A stretch of DNA of 63,537 bases, the filler included, from Octopus bimaculoides (Eukaryota), in assembly GCF_001194135.2 (NCBI RefSeq). It is 7 parts of 6 records of this genome, joined end to end, with 100 filler letters (N's around TTAATTAATTAA, not from the genome) between each part and the next. Parts side by side here need not be neighbours in the genome. Positions count along the whole stretch, not along the records: positions 12,646 to 32,577 come from NC_068982.1; positions 32,678 to 46,529 come from NC_068982.1; 5 more parts are not named here. One strand, written 5' to 3'. The notes beneath the pieces were generated by a model that made no database searches, was not told the origin of the DNA, and saw nothing but the letters and a program-made list of their open reading frames with translations. Both the position numbers and the translations under genes were made by a program. Positions 24,986 through 37,930 of the stretch are shown piece by piece; the stretch's first letter is position 1; every line of letters begins with the position of its first letter.

Positions 24986-25813
24986 CATATATATACAAGC
25001 CGTTCTGCAATGATTACCGCATAACATATCACTATACGTTAGTGAAACACGTGTAAAGATTATGTAATATATGATGTTATAAAACTAATAACGATTGTAA
25101 CCGGATCTCTTGTTTATTCTGCNNNNNNNNNNNNNNNNNNNNNNNNNNNNNNNNNNNNNNNNNNNNNNNNNNNNNNNNNNNNNNNNNNNNNNNNNNNNNN
25201 NNNNNNNNNNNNNNNNNNNNNNNNNNNNNNNNNNNNNNNNNNNNNNNNNNNNNNNNNNNNNNNNNNNNNNNNNNNNNNNNNNNNNNNNNNNNNNNNNNNN
25301 NNNNNNNNNNNNNNNNNNNNNNNNNNNNNNNNNNNNNNNNNNNNNNNNNNNNNNNNNNNNNNNNNNNNNNNNNNNNNNNNNNNNNNNNNNNNNNNNNNNN
25401 NNNNNNNNNNNNNNNNNNNNNNNNNNNNNNNNNNNNNNNNNNNNNNNNNNNNNNNNNNNNNNNNNNNNNNNNNNNNNNNNNNNNNNNNNNNNNNNNNNNN
25501 NNNNNNNNNNNNNNNNNNNNNNNNNNNNNNNNNNNNNNNNNNNNNNNNNNNNNNNNNNNNNNNNNNNNNNNNNNNNNNNNNNNNNNNNNNNNNNNNNNNN
25601 NNNNNNNNNNNNNNNNNNNNNNNNNNNNNNNNNNNNNNNNNNNNNNNNNNNNNNNNNNNNNNNNNNNNNNNNNNNNNNNNNNNNNNNNNNNNNNNNNNNN
25701 NNNNNNNNNNNNNNNNNNNNNNNNNNNNNNNNNNNNNNNNNNNNTATATATATATATATATATATAGTATCAATGTATAGTATGTATATATTGCTTGCAT
25801 GTATATATGTATG

Positions 25814-25852
<39 letters not shown>

Positions 25853-26299
25853 ATGTACGTATGCATGAAGTAAAAACTTTATAGAATATGTAAGCTATAC
25901 GAAATTTATTGCGCGACTTAGCAAAAGTTACACGTTCATCAGTTTACTTGTTCAACATAACTTGCGATATTTCCATAAAATGTATGCAGACATCATGTTA
26001 CATTCATCGTGATATATAATGACAGTGTTCAGCTGGTTCAACAGTTTAACAATATAATCAATTTGAAATTTATCTAATTACATCTTGTCAATTTTTGTAC
26101 TTCACTAAGGAATATCCCACTCATAAACGTCTTGGAATTCGCAAAGATTTATGAAGATAATGAAATATAGATTATCATGCATTTGACAAAGATTCTTCAT
26201 TGGTGAAAGGAATTCAGTCTCAGCGGTTTTTTTGCGAGTTTAGTATGAGAATATAGTACAATTCAAAGATGTGGGTTCTTTGGGGATTTTTTTATCGTA

Positions 26300-26540
26300 G
26301 ACTTTCAACCCGCCGGAACATAGCGATTTCAAATTTTGGCACAAGATCAGCAAGTTCGTGGAAGGGGATAAGTCTATTACATCAACTCCGGTGTTCAAGT
26401 GGTACTTATTTTATTGACTCCGAATAGATGAAAGGCAAAGTCAACCTTGGCGGAATTTGAACTCAAAACGTAAACACGAACGAAATGCCGCTAAGCATTT
26501 CACCCGTGTGCTAACGATTCTGCCAGCTCACCGCCTTGGT
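26300..26540 (-). mobile_element. SINE family B
   Basis: GGCGGAATTTGAACTCAAAACG...GAAATGCCGCTAAGCATTTC...TGCCAGCTCACCGCCTT. Confidence 0.85.
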
Positions 26541-26710
26541 CTTCTGGAACATACCAAGGATAAATATGAAGCTCATCGTTTTAATTCTTGCTTCTTACTG
26601 TATATATAACGATTTATTATCGGTTGGCATATATCTGTGCAGTTCAGAAAGCAATTTTGTCGCTGAAGTTATAAGCAAGAACTTCGACTCATGTTGCATT
26701 CATTAGTCTG

Positions 26711-26768
26711 GGGTACTTCTAGCTGATGAGACGGAACAATGTCGAAACAGCGATTGTTCCAGAGTCCC
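26711..26768 (+). ncRNA. Candidate type I hammerhead ribozyme (Penelope-LTR-like, minimal stem III)
   Basis: CTGATGA at 26723-26729; stem II GAC/GTC; GAAA at 26744-26747; stem III ACA/TGT around GCGAT; GUU triplet at 26756-26758; bulged stem I GGGTACTTCTAG/CCAGAGTCCC. Confidence 0.6.
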
Positions 26769-27223
26769 TTGTGCTTATCAATCGAGTGTGTTATGAACAC
26801 AGTTTCGTCGTACAGGATTTAAAGAATTGTTCCCCTGCGACGAAACACAACAACGATAAGAATATTCACGTTCGAATCTGCTGGAACGTATTAAATATGC
26901 ACGACATCGAATCGTCGATTTACTAAACACGAAAATGTCTTCATTGACCTTTGTTCTATAGAGTTCTAACAGATTCGTTATATCCATACATTCCAGATGA
27001 CATACTTCAGGCGCCTTATCAAAAACGTCATTAACACATCCACTAATTTTAGTCTCAAAACAACCATAACAGCTATTTTAACCATTGCTATTTTCTGAGA
27101 TGTTTCCCTGAATTTAACATAAAAACGTATGCAAGCGTTTCAGTAAACCTAACGAAACATTTACATACATTAACATACGGTATTGTTACTCGTTTATAGT
27201 TTTAAAAACAAACATGTATTAAT

Positions 27224-27354
27224 AAACGCAGGATAATGCTAATAATATAGCCTGAACAGGATAAGTTACCCCTATTTTGCAGAAAAAAGTGTTGGCGGCC
27301 AAATAGGGGTAGCTTATCCTATTCAGGCTATATTATTAGCATTATCCTGCATTT
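27224..27354. mobile_element. Short palindromic MITE-like element (about 55-bp arms, about 20-bp spacer)
   Basis: 27224-27279 is the reverse complement of 27300-27354 with three substitutions and one indel. Confidence 0.8.
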
Positions 27355-27749
27355 GAGAATTTAAAATCATTTCTTTAACTTTCTAAGACATCTCAACGCT
27401 TCTAAAAGTAAACTTCGTTTGTTTGTTTGTTTACGTTCATCGTAATTTGAATTTAATGTATTAATAATATTAGTAGAAAGTTATTTAATTTAAGATCTCG
27501 TAAGGACATATTTGATGAGGAGCTTCTTCTATAACAAAAGTTTAGGATGTAGTGGATTTAAAGATAAGGTTGCATACATCCCAGATCTCCCACCATGCCT
27601 CACTATGTAGAAACACAGAAATATCATCTTTATGACATTACTTTTTGTGTTAAGTGTTACGTTTAGAATTTTCAGTTTAATTGATAAACATGTTTTCATT
27701 GGCTATTATTTGAAAAGTATTCAATTGGAAGAAATTTAAATGAAGAACT

Positions 27750-28180
27750 TTACAACTCGTAACGCATCCAAATCACCCAAGGCCAACTATACTTGTACAA
27801 ATACAAACGTATGCCTACTCAGTTACGTAATTTTGAAGCCAGATTAATTTTAAAGTAAACAGAAAAATTACATACGTATGACTGAAAGAAAGTTTAAACA
27901 ACGGTGCTTTAAGCATAGTTAGTTCCTCATTGAACACATTTAAAAGAGAGCTGTGATGAAATTGGCTAATTACATTTGGCATTTGAAAGAAAACGCGGCT
28001 TACCATAATATCAAGTAAAATATCATTGAGCGATCAAGGATATTCAAAAACAAATATAGAAAATACAGCTAAAATATAACTCATTATTTTAAAACTTCAG
28101 AATCCTGCAAACTTTTTCAGCACAAGATCCGAAATTGTTGCAGAACGCAGATACTTCGACAATCATTTATCGAAGTACTG
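27750..28180 (+). mobile_element. Penelope-like element GIY-YIG endonuclease remnant
   Basis: YIRMTERKFK, ANYIWHLKEN, NIK*NIIER and TRSEIVAERR fragments match the YIG.TE..FK.R, YIW.LKE, I.W.I and RSE...CRH motifs. A second tail, ELDTKCRHEDKY, lies near 29300-29335. Confidence 0.75.
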
Positions 28181-28913
28181 GAATTCATTACCACTATCTC
28201 TCTAAACATACCTTCGGAAGCTCTATACATTTATACTTACTGTTTAATTATAAGTGTGTGTGAAATAAATGTGTATAGATATGTATGTGTGTGCGTTCTC
28301 ATACGTACNNNNNNNNNNNNNNNNNNNNNNNNNNNNNNNNNNNNNNNNNNNNNNNNNNNNNNNNNNNNNNNNNNNNNNNNNNNNNNNNNNNNNNNNNNNN
28401 NNNNNNNNNNNNNNNNNNNNNNNNNNNNNNNNNNNNNNNNNNNNNNNNNNNNNNNNNNNNNNNNNNNNNNNNNNNNNNNNNNNNNNNNNNNNNNNNNNNN
28501 NNNNNNNNNNNNNNNNNNNNNNNNNNNNNNNNNNNNNNNNNNNNNNNNNNNNNNNNNNNNNNNNNNNNNNNNNNNNNNNNNNNNNNNNNNNNNNNNNNNN
28601 NNNNNNNNNNNNNNNNNNNNNNNNNNNNNNNNNNNNNNNNNNNNNNNNNNNNNNNNNNNNNNNNNNNNNNNNNNNNNNNNNNNNNNNNNNNNNNNNNNNN
28701 NNNNNNNNNNNNNNNNNNNNNNNNNNNNNNNNNNNNNNNNNNNNNNNNNNNNNNNNNNNNNNNNNNNNNNNNNNNNNNNNNNNNNNNNNNNNNNNNNNNN
28801 NNNNNNNNNNNNNNNNNNNNNNNNNNNNNNNNNNNNNNNNNNNNNNNNNNNNNNNNNNNNNNNNNNNNNNNNNNNNNNNNNNNNNNNNNNNNNNNNNNNN
28901 NNNNNNNNNNNNN

Positions 28914-28950
<37 letters not shown>

Positions 28951-28959
28951 ATGTATGTA

Positions 28960-29190
28960 TGTTATATGTCTGTGTGACTGTGTTTGTGTCGTGTTTTTCA
29001 CCGCCACAACTTGACAGTTGGTGTTGGTTTCTTTATGTCTCCGTAAATTAGTGGTTCGCCCTTAGTGGCCGATAAAATAAACACAAAGGTTAAAAAACAA
29101 AGAGAAAATAAGGATTGGGGTCGATTTGTTTGACTAAATCCTTAAAGGCGGTGTTCCAGCATTGCCGCCGTCCAATGGCTGAAACAAGTC
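28960..29190 (+). mobile_element. SINE family A, 3' half
   Basis: TTGACAGTTGGTGTTGG...GGCGGTGTTCCAGCATTGCCGCCGTCCAATGGCTGAAACAAG. Confidence 0.7.
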
Positions 29191-30417
29191 AAAGATAAAA
29201 AGATGTATATTTGAGTTTACAAACAAGAAAAATTACTTAACGCAGAAGTAGAGCGTCAACATTTATCGCAGTATTGCAGTGGTACGCTATTAAAAAGTAC
29301 GAACTCGACACTAAGTGCCGCCATGAAGATAAGTATTTTTTCAGAAACATTCAATTACAGACCACAGACAGAAGATCTGCACCACACCGATAACTAACGA
29401 AATAATAAATTTCCAAAGAACATTTTATACAAACATTTTACAAGAATTATCGGAGAAATTCTGTCACAAAACATCTCTAACACGATCATAATGACATTTA
29501 TATTCACCAAAATAATGTGTTATCTTCGTATTTTATTTCCATTCATTAATCAATTTATCAATTTTGAAAAACGTCTTAAATTTTTTGTATATTTCTTTAT
29601 TATTTTAAAATGGTTTATCATTTTTATCATTTTATCTTAATTTTCTTTTATAATTATTATTATTTGTACAATTTGTTAATTGTTTTAATTATGTCTATGA
29701 TTTTTAATTTCAGTTCTATCTCATAGGTTTATCTGTGTATATGTAAGTCGGTGTTTCTGTCCGTACAAATACACAAGCAGACATATGTATATATGTATGT
29801 ATGTATGTATGTGTATGTATGTATGTATGTATGTATGTATGTATGTATTTATTTATTTATGTGTGCGCATGGGCGCGTGTGTCTTTCTTGCTGTAACTAA
29901 GTAGAAATATGGAGTTATATTATGCCATTGGTCTCTTTATCTCATTCTTTTTATATATACACACGCTAATACACGGCCCATGTTATATTCCCCATTCATG
30001 TTGCAACCACATCTGGGGAAAAACTAGTCGGTATACAGCACTTACTCGGTATTACCTGTAATATTCGGGCCTGATTGACTCCATTACCCTTCATAGCCTA
30101 TATATATATANNNNNNNNNNNNNNNNNNNNNNNNNNNNNNNNNNNNNNNNNNNNNNNNNNNNNNNNNNNNNNNNNNNNNNNNNNNNNNNNNNNNNNNNNN
30201 NNNNNNNNNNNNNNNNNNNNNNNNNNNNNNNNNNNNNNNNNNNNNNNNNNNNNNNNNNNNNNNNNNNNNNNNNNNNNNNNNNNNNNNNNNNNNNNNNNNN
30301 NNNNNNNNNNNNNNNNNNNNNNNNNNNNNNNNNNNNNNNNNNNNNNNNNNNNNNNNNNNNNNNNNNNNNNNNNNNNNNNNNNNNNNNNNNNNNNNNNNNN
30401 NNNNNNNNNNNNNNNNN

Positions 30418-30474
<57 letters not shown>

Positions 30475-31084
30475 CACACACACGCTTACTCTGATTTACT
30501 AGCATAGGAGGTGCAAACTTTGAAGGACTACAGTTTCAGACTCTTGGTTCTCAATTCTCTATTTCTCATTTTTTTCCCCACATCCTTCACTTGTGACCAT
30601 CCATACATTCCCTGCCACGCTTTGTGTCTTACTACAACATATTACCCTCTTCCTGCAGCGCTGAGGCTTTTGTCTGGAACATCGTCGTTTTTCCCGAAGT
30701 TTAACAGATGATGAAAGCAGGATTTTATAATTTGTGTACAGAGTTTGTTTATTTAGTTTGCAATATGAAGTCACATGTCACCTTGACAAGTTTGATGCCC
30801 TAACGTCCGTTGTTATGCAATGAAATATTTTAATGTCCGGCTTGCTTTATATTCTTTTTAGAATTGTTAGCATAGTTGTTACCGTTATGACAGGCATTCT
30901 CTCTCTATGTCATTATTAACTTGATGTCTGCGAGGTTAAGAATCTCGCTTTGCAAACACGTGACGTTTTAGTTCAATCCCACTGTGCAACGTCATGGTTA
31001 AGTGTCTTTTACAACTGCACGGATCAATCAATTACTTGTGAGTAAATTGGGTAGAGTGAGTTCAGACCACTCTTTTCTACATAT

Positions 31085-31860
31085 AGGAGCAGGCGTGGCT
31101 GTGTGGTAAAAAGCTTGCTTCCCAACCACATGATTCCAGGTTCAGAACCTGGAATCATGTGGTTGGGTAACTGTCGACTCCTATAGCCTCGGGTCGACAA
31201 AAGCCTTGTGGATGGATTTGGTAGACGGAAACCGAAAGGCGGTGAGCTGGCAGAAACGTTAGCACGCCGTGCGAAATGTTTAGCGGTATTTCGTCTGTCG
31301 CTACGTTCTGAGTTCAAATTCTGCCGAGGTGGACTTTGCCTTTCATCCTTTCGGGGTCGATTAAATAAGTACCAGTTACGCACTGGGGTCGATATAATCG
31401 ATTTAATCCGTTTGTCTGTCCTTGTTTGTCCCCTCTGTGTGTAGCCCCTTGTGGGCAGTAAAGAAATAGGAAACTGAAAGAATCCCGTCGAATATATATA
31501 TATGCATCTGTGTGTGTGTCTTTACATCCCCGTAATATAGCGGTGCGGTCAAAAGATACCGATAGAATGAGTACCGGGCTTACGAAGAATAAGTCCTGGA
31601 GCAGATTTCTTCGTCTAAAAGCGGTGCTCCAGAATAGAAGATTATATTTATGTGTGTGTGTATCTTTGTTTTGTCACTCAACCGCTTCACAACTGGTGTT
31701 GATCTGGTGTTGGTTTGTTTACGTCCCCGTAACTTAGCAGTTAGAATTAGTACCAAACCTAAGAAATAAGTACTAAGGTCAGTTTGTTAGGCAGGAACCC
31801 TTCATGGTTGTGCTCCCAGCATTATCCACTGTCCATTGAGTGAAACATAAAAGAAAAAAG
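31085..31860 (+). mobile_element. Nested SINE cluster: family A head, family B insertion (about 31238-31470), two family A 3' halves
   Basis: The A sequence breaks at GGAAACCGAAAG and resumes at GGAAACTGAAAGAATCCCGTCG after the B copy. Confidence 0.75.
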
Positions 31861-33357
31861 GTATATAATTTAAAATTTAGAACTTTGATTGAAAAATACA
31901 TACACAGAAGTATCTAATCGAGTGTTTAATCAGAATCAATACTTTTAGTTATATCAACGTATTCCCAGAATCTCCAAATCCCACCATGGCGTTTCTATTT
32001 AGATTAGATCGTCCTCAGTGATAAGGTAACACATGTGCTCGTGGGCTAGTGTCAGAATAATCAATATATTTTACAACTTTGTATTTTATAATTAATTTAT
32101 TGACGTGCGTATCCCTGAATCCATTAGCTTTTAACAAGGGCTTCTCTAATCCACAACTACATACATTTCTAGCTTGTCTTTCTTAAAAATATTAACTGAA
32201 AATGTCGACTGTCATACATACATACATACATACATACATGCATACATACATGAGTATACATACATAAAGCAAAACATACAAATCTGCACATATACATACA
32301 TACATACATACATACAAATAAAAATTACCCTGTCGTTGATGTCGAAATTCTAATGAAAGAGCATTGGATCTAGGTTAGAAACTGACTCTTTATTGGCAAA
32401 ATATCTTGAAATAAAACTGAACAATGATATACATACATGCGTACATGTATGCATGCCCACAGTCTAATGAGTTAAATAAGTAAAAGGTATACATGGCCAC
32501 AGTCTAATGAGTTAAATAAGTAAAAGGTATACCGTCTACTCTGATGAATGTGATTCTTAGATTATTGTCTTATTATGNNNNNNNNNNNNNNNNNNNNNNN
32601 NNNNNNNNNNNNNNNNNNNNNTTAATTAATTAANNNNNNNNNNNNNNNNNNNNNNNNNNNNNNNNNNNNNNNNNNNNATATATATATATATATACATATA
32701 AATATATAAGTATATACACACACTCAAATGTACATCTATGTATGGTTATAAAAACCTAAACAAGAACCAAACATATCCATATGTAAACACACGTACTGAC
32801 GAATACATTCCTACGCTGGTGCATACATAATATTTGTGCTTACATATAGAAACTCAAATACACACACACGCACACGTACACACATATATATACATACAGG
32901 TATACATACACACGCACGCATACATTCGTACACATACACATATATGCATGTGTATATATAAGTTTATACATACATCTTCTGATAGACACATAGATTCTGG
33001 TATGATTCTGGTATGTCTAAAATAACGAATTATGGTAAAATGAAAGAATTACAAAATACATCCAGATTTACTTTTGCATCTCAATTCCTCTACGCCTACC
33101 TATCTACTGCTTATCATTGTAACTCCTACCACCACCACCACCACAATGTCTATTAATCCATTTATCCACTAAACCTTCCATCTATCTAGCCATCTATCCT
33201 TACCTGTGTAAGTCTGAGAGAAATCATCCATTTTCAGCCAAATATAGATAAATGATCACGAATATTTTTGTTAATTCACTGTCATGTCGTGTAAATATAG
33301 ATGTATGCATGTACCCCACCACATATGTATATATATGTATATATATACATATATATG

Positions 33358-33392
<35 letters not shown>

Positions 33393-34022
33393 AAAAATAT
33401 ATATATTTATATATCTATAAATATAATATATATATNNNNNNNNNNNNNNNNNNNNNNNNNNNNNNNNNNNNNNNNNNNNNNNNNNNNNNNNNNNNNNNNN
33501 NNNNNNNNNNNNNNNNNNNNNNNNNNNNNNNNNNNNNNNNNNNNNNNNNNNNNNNNNNNNNNNNNNNNNNNNNNNNNNNNNNNNNNATATATATGTTGCA
33601 CTTTTCCCTTTCTTACCGCAATCTATCACTATACTCCACGTTTGCTTGACATACTTTATTATCTGTTACTGTTCTTGATTCATGTTTCATTTTTCTTAGT
33701 TCTTATTCGTCTGTAGTATCTCTATGCTTATGCTATCAGCAGCGTACGCTGCCCCCCGCCACCAATTTGAATGACATTATCGGGAGGCGTCGAAATTGTT
33801 ATAATATTTGATTGGCATCTGATGAGAGGTTGAGCGTGTTCACGTTCATTGTATATTCTTTCGTTTTCCCGTAGAGTCCTTTGTCACTATTCTGTTACCA
33901 TTTTCATTATTATTTATTTTAACCTCACGCGCACATAGTTTACCAACTGTCTCTGATTTCCTTATTGTGTAACCACTCTCTCTTCTTGTCTGTCTGTCTA
34001 TCTATCTATCTATCTATCTATC

Positions 34023-34719
34023 TAAAATATGGAATATATAATATAAATAGTAAAATGAAATGAAGTATTGAATGTCTTATTGAATATATGAAATATTAAT
34101 ATTAAATATAGAGTATTAAATATATAAGGACTAGTATACTTTCCTGCCTCATGGCAATCATCAAGGTCCCATCTGACAGATGTACTGCCAGTCCCATCCG
34201 GCGGGATCTGACTACTGTCTCTCAGAGTTCGCTCGGGGACTTCATATCGGGATAGGGCTCGCGGAGGCGCCTTGCGGCTGCTGGTGTCCGATGCGTTCGG
34301 GTTCGGTGATTCGGCTCAGGGAGTTACGTTGTGCTGTTCCACAGGGGTTTCGTAGTACTCGGTGCCAGTCGCTTTTGGTTCGAGGTTTCGTCAGGATCGT
34401 GCAGCGACGATATACAGTCGCAATGTCCCACTATGTCGGTTGCCGTGTCGGATTTTCTCAGTTTCGCCGTTCGATTTGTAGTCGTTGCCGCTTTTTCCAT
34501 CTTGCGGCTCTCGTTGGACACTCCTCTAGACCCTCGCTTGCTGCGCGTGTATCGAGCCCCCATTTCCCTGCAGCTCCATCGCAGTACATCTGTCAGACGG
34601 GAAAGAGGCAGGAAAGTACACTAGTCCTTATATATTTAATACTCAATATTTCATATATTCAATAAGACATTCAATACTTCATTTCATTTTACTATATATA
34701 TTATATATTCCATATTCTA
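34023..34719. mobile_element. Foldback/MITE-like element with about 140-165 bp terminal inverted repeats and a GC-rich interior
   Basis: 34023-34188 is the reverse complement of 34581-34719 apart from two short insertions in the left arm and a few substitutions; both ends are TA. Confidence 0.85.
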
Positions 34720-34851
34720 TATCCCACATTAATTTTATAAGAATATAAATAAGACATAATAAACAGACAGAGTTGGAACTCTTTTAAATAATATATTCCT
34801 CTATACACGATCATATTTTTTAAATTTTTATGCACACACACACACACACAC

Positions 34852-34886
<35 letters not shown>

Positions 34887-34908
34887 TGTATGTATGTATG
34901 TATGTATG

Positions 34909-34961
<53 letters not shown>

Positions 34962-35459
34962 TGTTCCGTGAAGGTAAGATCAACAAAAAAGAAAAACGTA
35001 TTCCATATGGTGGGAAATAAGTATTATTCAATGAGCAGAATAAATATCTTTATGAGCTACTAATAGTTTCATGCCGTAAAAACGTCTCAGACACGTCTTC
35101 CGCCTTCATATATACGTGGCCTGATTAATAAGCATTCTAGTTGTAACCTTATAATTATTGTTGTCAGCCGTAGCATATTTACCCATTATCCAATATGGCT
35201 TCCCTCTTTAAAATGACTGAATAACATTTCATTGCCGTTTTTGGTGTTATTTCTAACATGTCGAGCGGTCATAGTAGCGCACATGTTGGTTCGTTTCTTT
35301 TTATGTCTTCGTTGCTGGTGTTCATAAATATTAATTTCTAACGTGAACGCGAGGTTACCTATGTTTGGGGAGGAGTTAGATATATCAGCCACAGTATTTG
35401 GGAGTTACCTTATTTCATCGACCCACAGAACGACCCCGGCCGGTTAATGTTAATGAATA

Positions 35460-35680
35460 ATAATTTCAAATTTTGGCACAAATTCAGTAAGTTCGGAGAA
35501 GGGGGTGAAATCGATAACATCGAACCCAGTGTTCAACTGGTACTTATTTTATCGACCCCGAAAGGATGAAAGGAGAAGTCGACCTCAGAGGAATTTGAAC
35601 TCAGAACGTAAAGACGGACGAAATGCCGTTGAGCATTTCGCTGGGCGCGCTAACGATTCAGCCAGCTCACCGTCTTGAAT
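35460..35680 (-). mobile_element. SINE family B
   Basis: TTTATCGACCCCGAAAGGATGAAAGG...GAATTTGAACTCAGAACG...GCCAGCTCACCGTCTT. Confidence 0.85.
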
Positions 35681-37165
35681 ATAAATGAATTCTGCAGATA
35701 ATGGTATCTTCCTCCTTTTGTAGAGATTTACCTTCTGACTAACAGGAATCTTGCAGCCGACTTTTGATAGTCACAGTAACCATTTATTAAAAACACACGC
35801 CCACACGCGCTGAGCCTTATACACGTTTACATACACTAACATATATTCACATACATACTCACACGTACACTCATGCACACACACGAATACACACGCACTG
35901 TTGTTATTCAATAGACTGGATTCAGTGGAATGCGGTATATACGTAAACAAGTCTTATGTGTACGATGAAATGTTCTGATACCTTTAAATATAAACAGTAA
36001 TATAGAAAAGATTGTGTATTTAATAACTGCCTAATGTGACTGAAACTAACAATATTTGTTTAAACGCACGATTGCCGATCACATCCATTGCCAACAGATA
36101 CATAAGGATTATTTCTATTCTTTTCCTAAGAATAACTTTCTAAAGTATCTTGAAAGAAGCACAAATAATACTGTGAACGATGATAAAACGGAATCTCACA
36201 CAGTCAAGCCTTTTCTCGCCTGAAGCCATATCAGATTCTTCCACGTCTTTTGCTTTATATTTTTCACAACTGATTTAATATAGAAAACGTATAAACGCAA
36301 TTGTTAAGAAGAGAACAACACTTGAGGCCACCCTTAAGTGCTTCCTAAATCAAAATGAAAAATATGAGATGAAACACGCGCGCATACACGCACACGCTCA
36401 CACATACGCGCATACACACACATTCACTCTCTCACTGACACACACACACATACACACCACATATACAACCAGTCTCCTATTCCATCAATCTGACACACAT
36501 GCACACACAGACACGTACACACATATACACACACTATACGGTCACACGCACAAAACAAAATGAAAATCTAAGACGTTTGGTTACGTGACTTGAAGCCAAA
36601 TGATTTAGCAGTGAGGAAAGTCAGAATAGCTTATGAATGTTTGGACGTTCTAGAAGAACTAGACCGAGTGTCTTTATCATCAGAACAGAGTGGCAAAGAC
36701 AGTTACACACCTTATTGAATCTGAGACAACGCACTGCGAAAATAACCTTCATGTTAAGTATAATGAAGGAAAAATCTGCCTCGGAGTTATGGCTGTGTGG
36801 CTGAGGAACTCGCTATGCAACCACATGGTTTCAGGTTCAATGCCACTACTGGTAGTGGAGGTGGTAATGTGATTGACTATAAGCTGTGACTGGAAATTTA
36901 TGGCCTTAAAAATTTAGCTTTTAGATTAGCATTGTAAACCCGTAGCCACGCTTGGTGGAGTTAAAAGGAGAAGAAGTGAAGTCATTGGGGAATCTTATAC
37001 TGGATTGTGTTCAAATGTGGCGAAGTTGCGCTCTATTGACCTCTGTCTAAGGACGCTGGTGATCTGCACCTGGAAAATTGTAATTCAGATTGCAAGCTGG
37101 GGTGAGAGATTTTGTCAGTGAAGACCATCAGAAAGTTATGCAAGAGGTCACCACGCGCGCGCGCA

Positions 37166-37212
<47 letters not shown>

Positions 37213-37719
37213 AAACACACATACATGTGACCAAAAGTGATCAATTGGCAGAAACGTTAGGTCATCTGATCGAAAACATTGCGGTGTTTGAGCCTGCTCC
37301 GAATCTTTGTGCACTAAGTTCAAATCCAACCGTGGCCAACTTGCTTTTCTTTCATCCTTTAGCAATCGATAAAATAAAGCATCGATATCCAGTGTGGTGA
37401 TTTGGTGTAACAGTGTGTAAGAACGTCGGACCAGATGCCTGGAGGTATTTATTCCGAACTCCTTGCGTTCTGTCATGGCTTATTTGCGTGGTTGACATAT
37501 CCGGTCTAATTACTTCGTTATCCGCTCTAACTACTCTATCTGACACAATTGATACGAGCACTCGGGTCAGTTCTCCCGTTTGCAGCTACCTTCTTTCTTC
37601 CTCCCTTCTTTGAGTAAAGGAGACATTATCAAATGTTATGGAAACGATCTTCCTTCTTCACTGTAAAATAAAATAAACAAGAGTCAGTATAGGTGTGTGT
37701 GTGTGTGTGTGTGTGTGCG

Positions 37720-37930
37720 TGTGTGCGTGCGTGCGTCTATGAGTCTGTGTTACACCGCTTGACAACCGGTGTTGGTGTGTATAGTTCTCCCTAACATAAC
37801 GGTTCGGCAAAAGATCCCGACAGAATAAGTACCAAATTTTAAAATAATAAGTACTGGATTCATTCAACTAAAAACTCTTCAAGGCGGTGCTGAAGCATGG
37901 CCGCAGCCAGAAGAGCGAAACTAGTAAAAG
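37720..37930 (+). mobile_element. SINE family A, 3' half
   Basis: CCGCTTGACAACCGGTGTTGG...GGCGGTGCTGAAGCATGGCCGCAG. Confidence 0.75.

Noticed and set aside
32457-32532. 40-bp tandem duplication (similar short ones at 40423-40465 and 52082-52139)
   Set aside because: Ordinary slippage duplications with no further structure.
35186-35392. ORF with IGNLAFTL resembling a C2 beta-1 strand
   Set aside because: Wrong strand relative to the exon, and no further C2 motifs.
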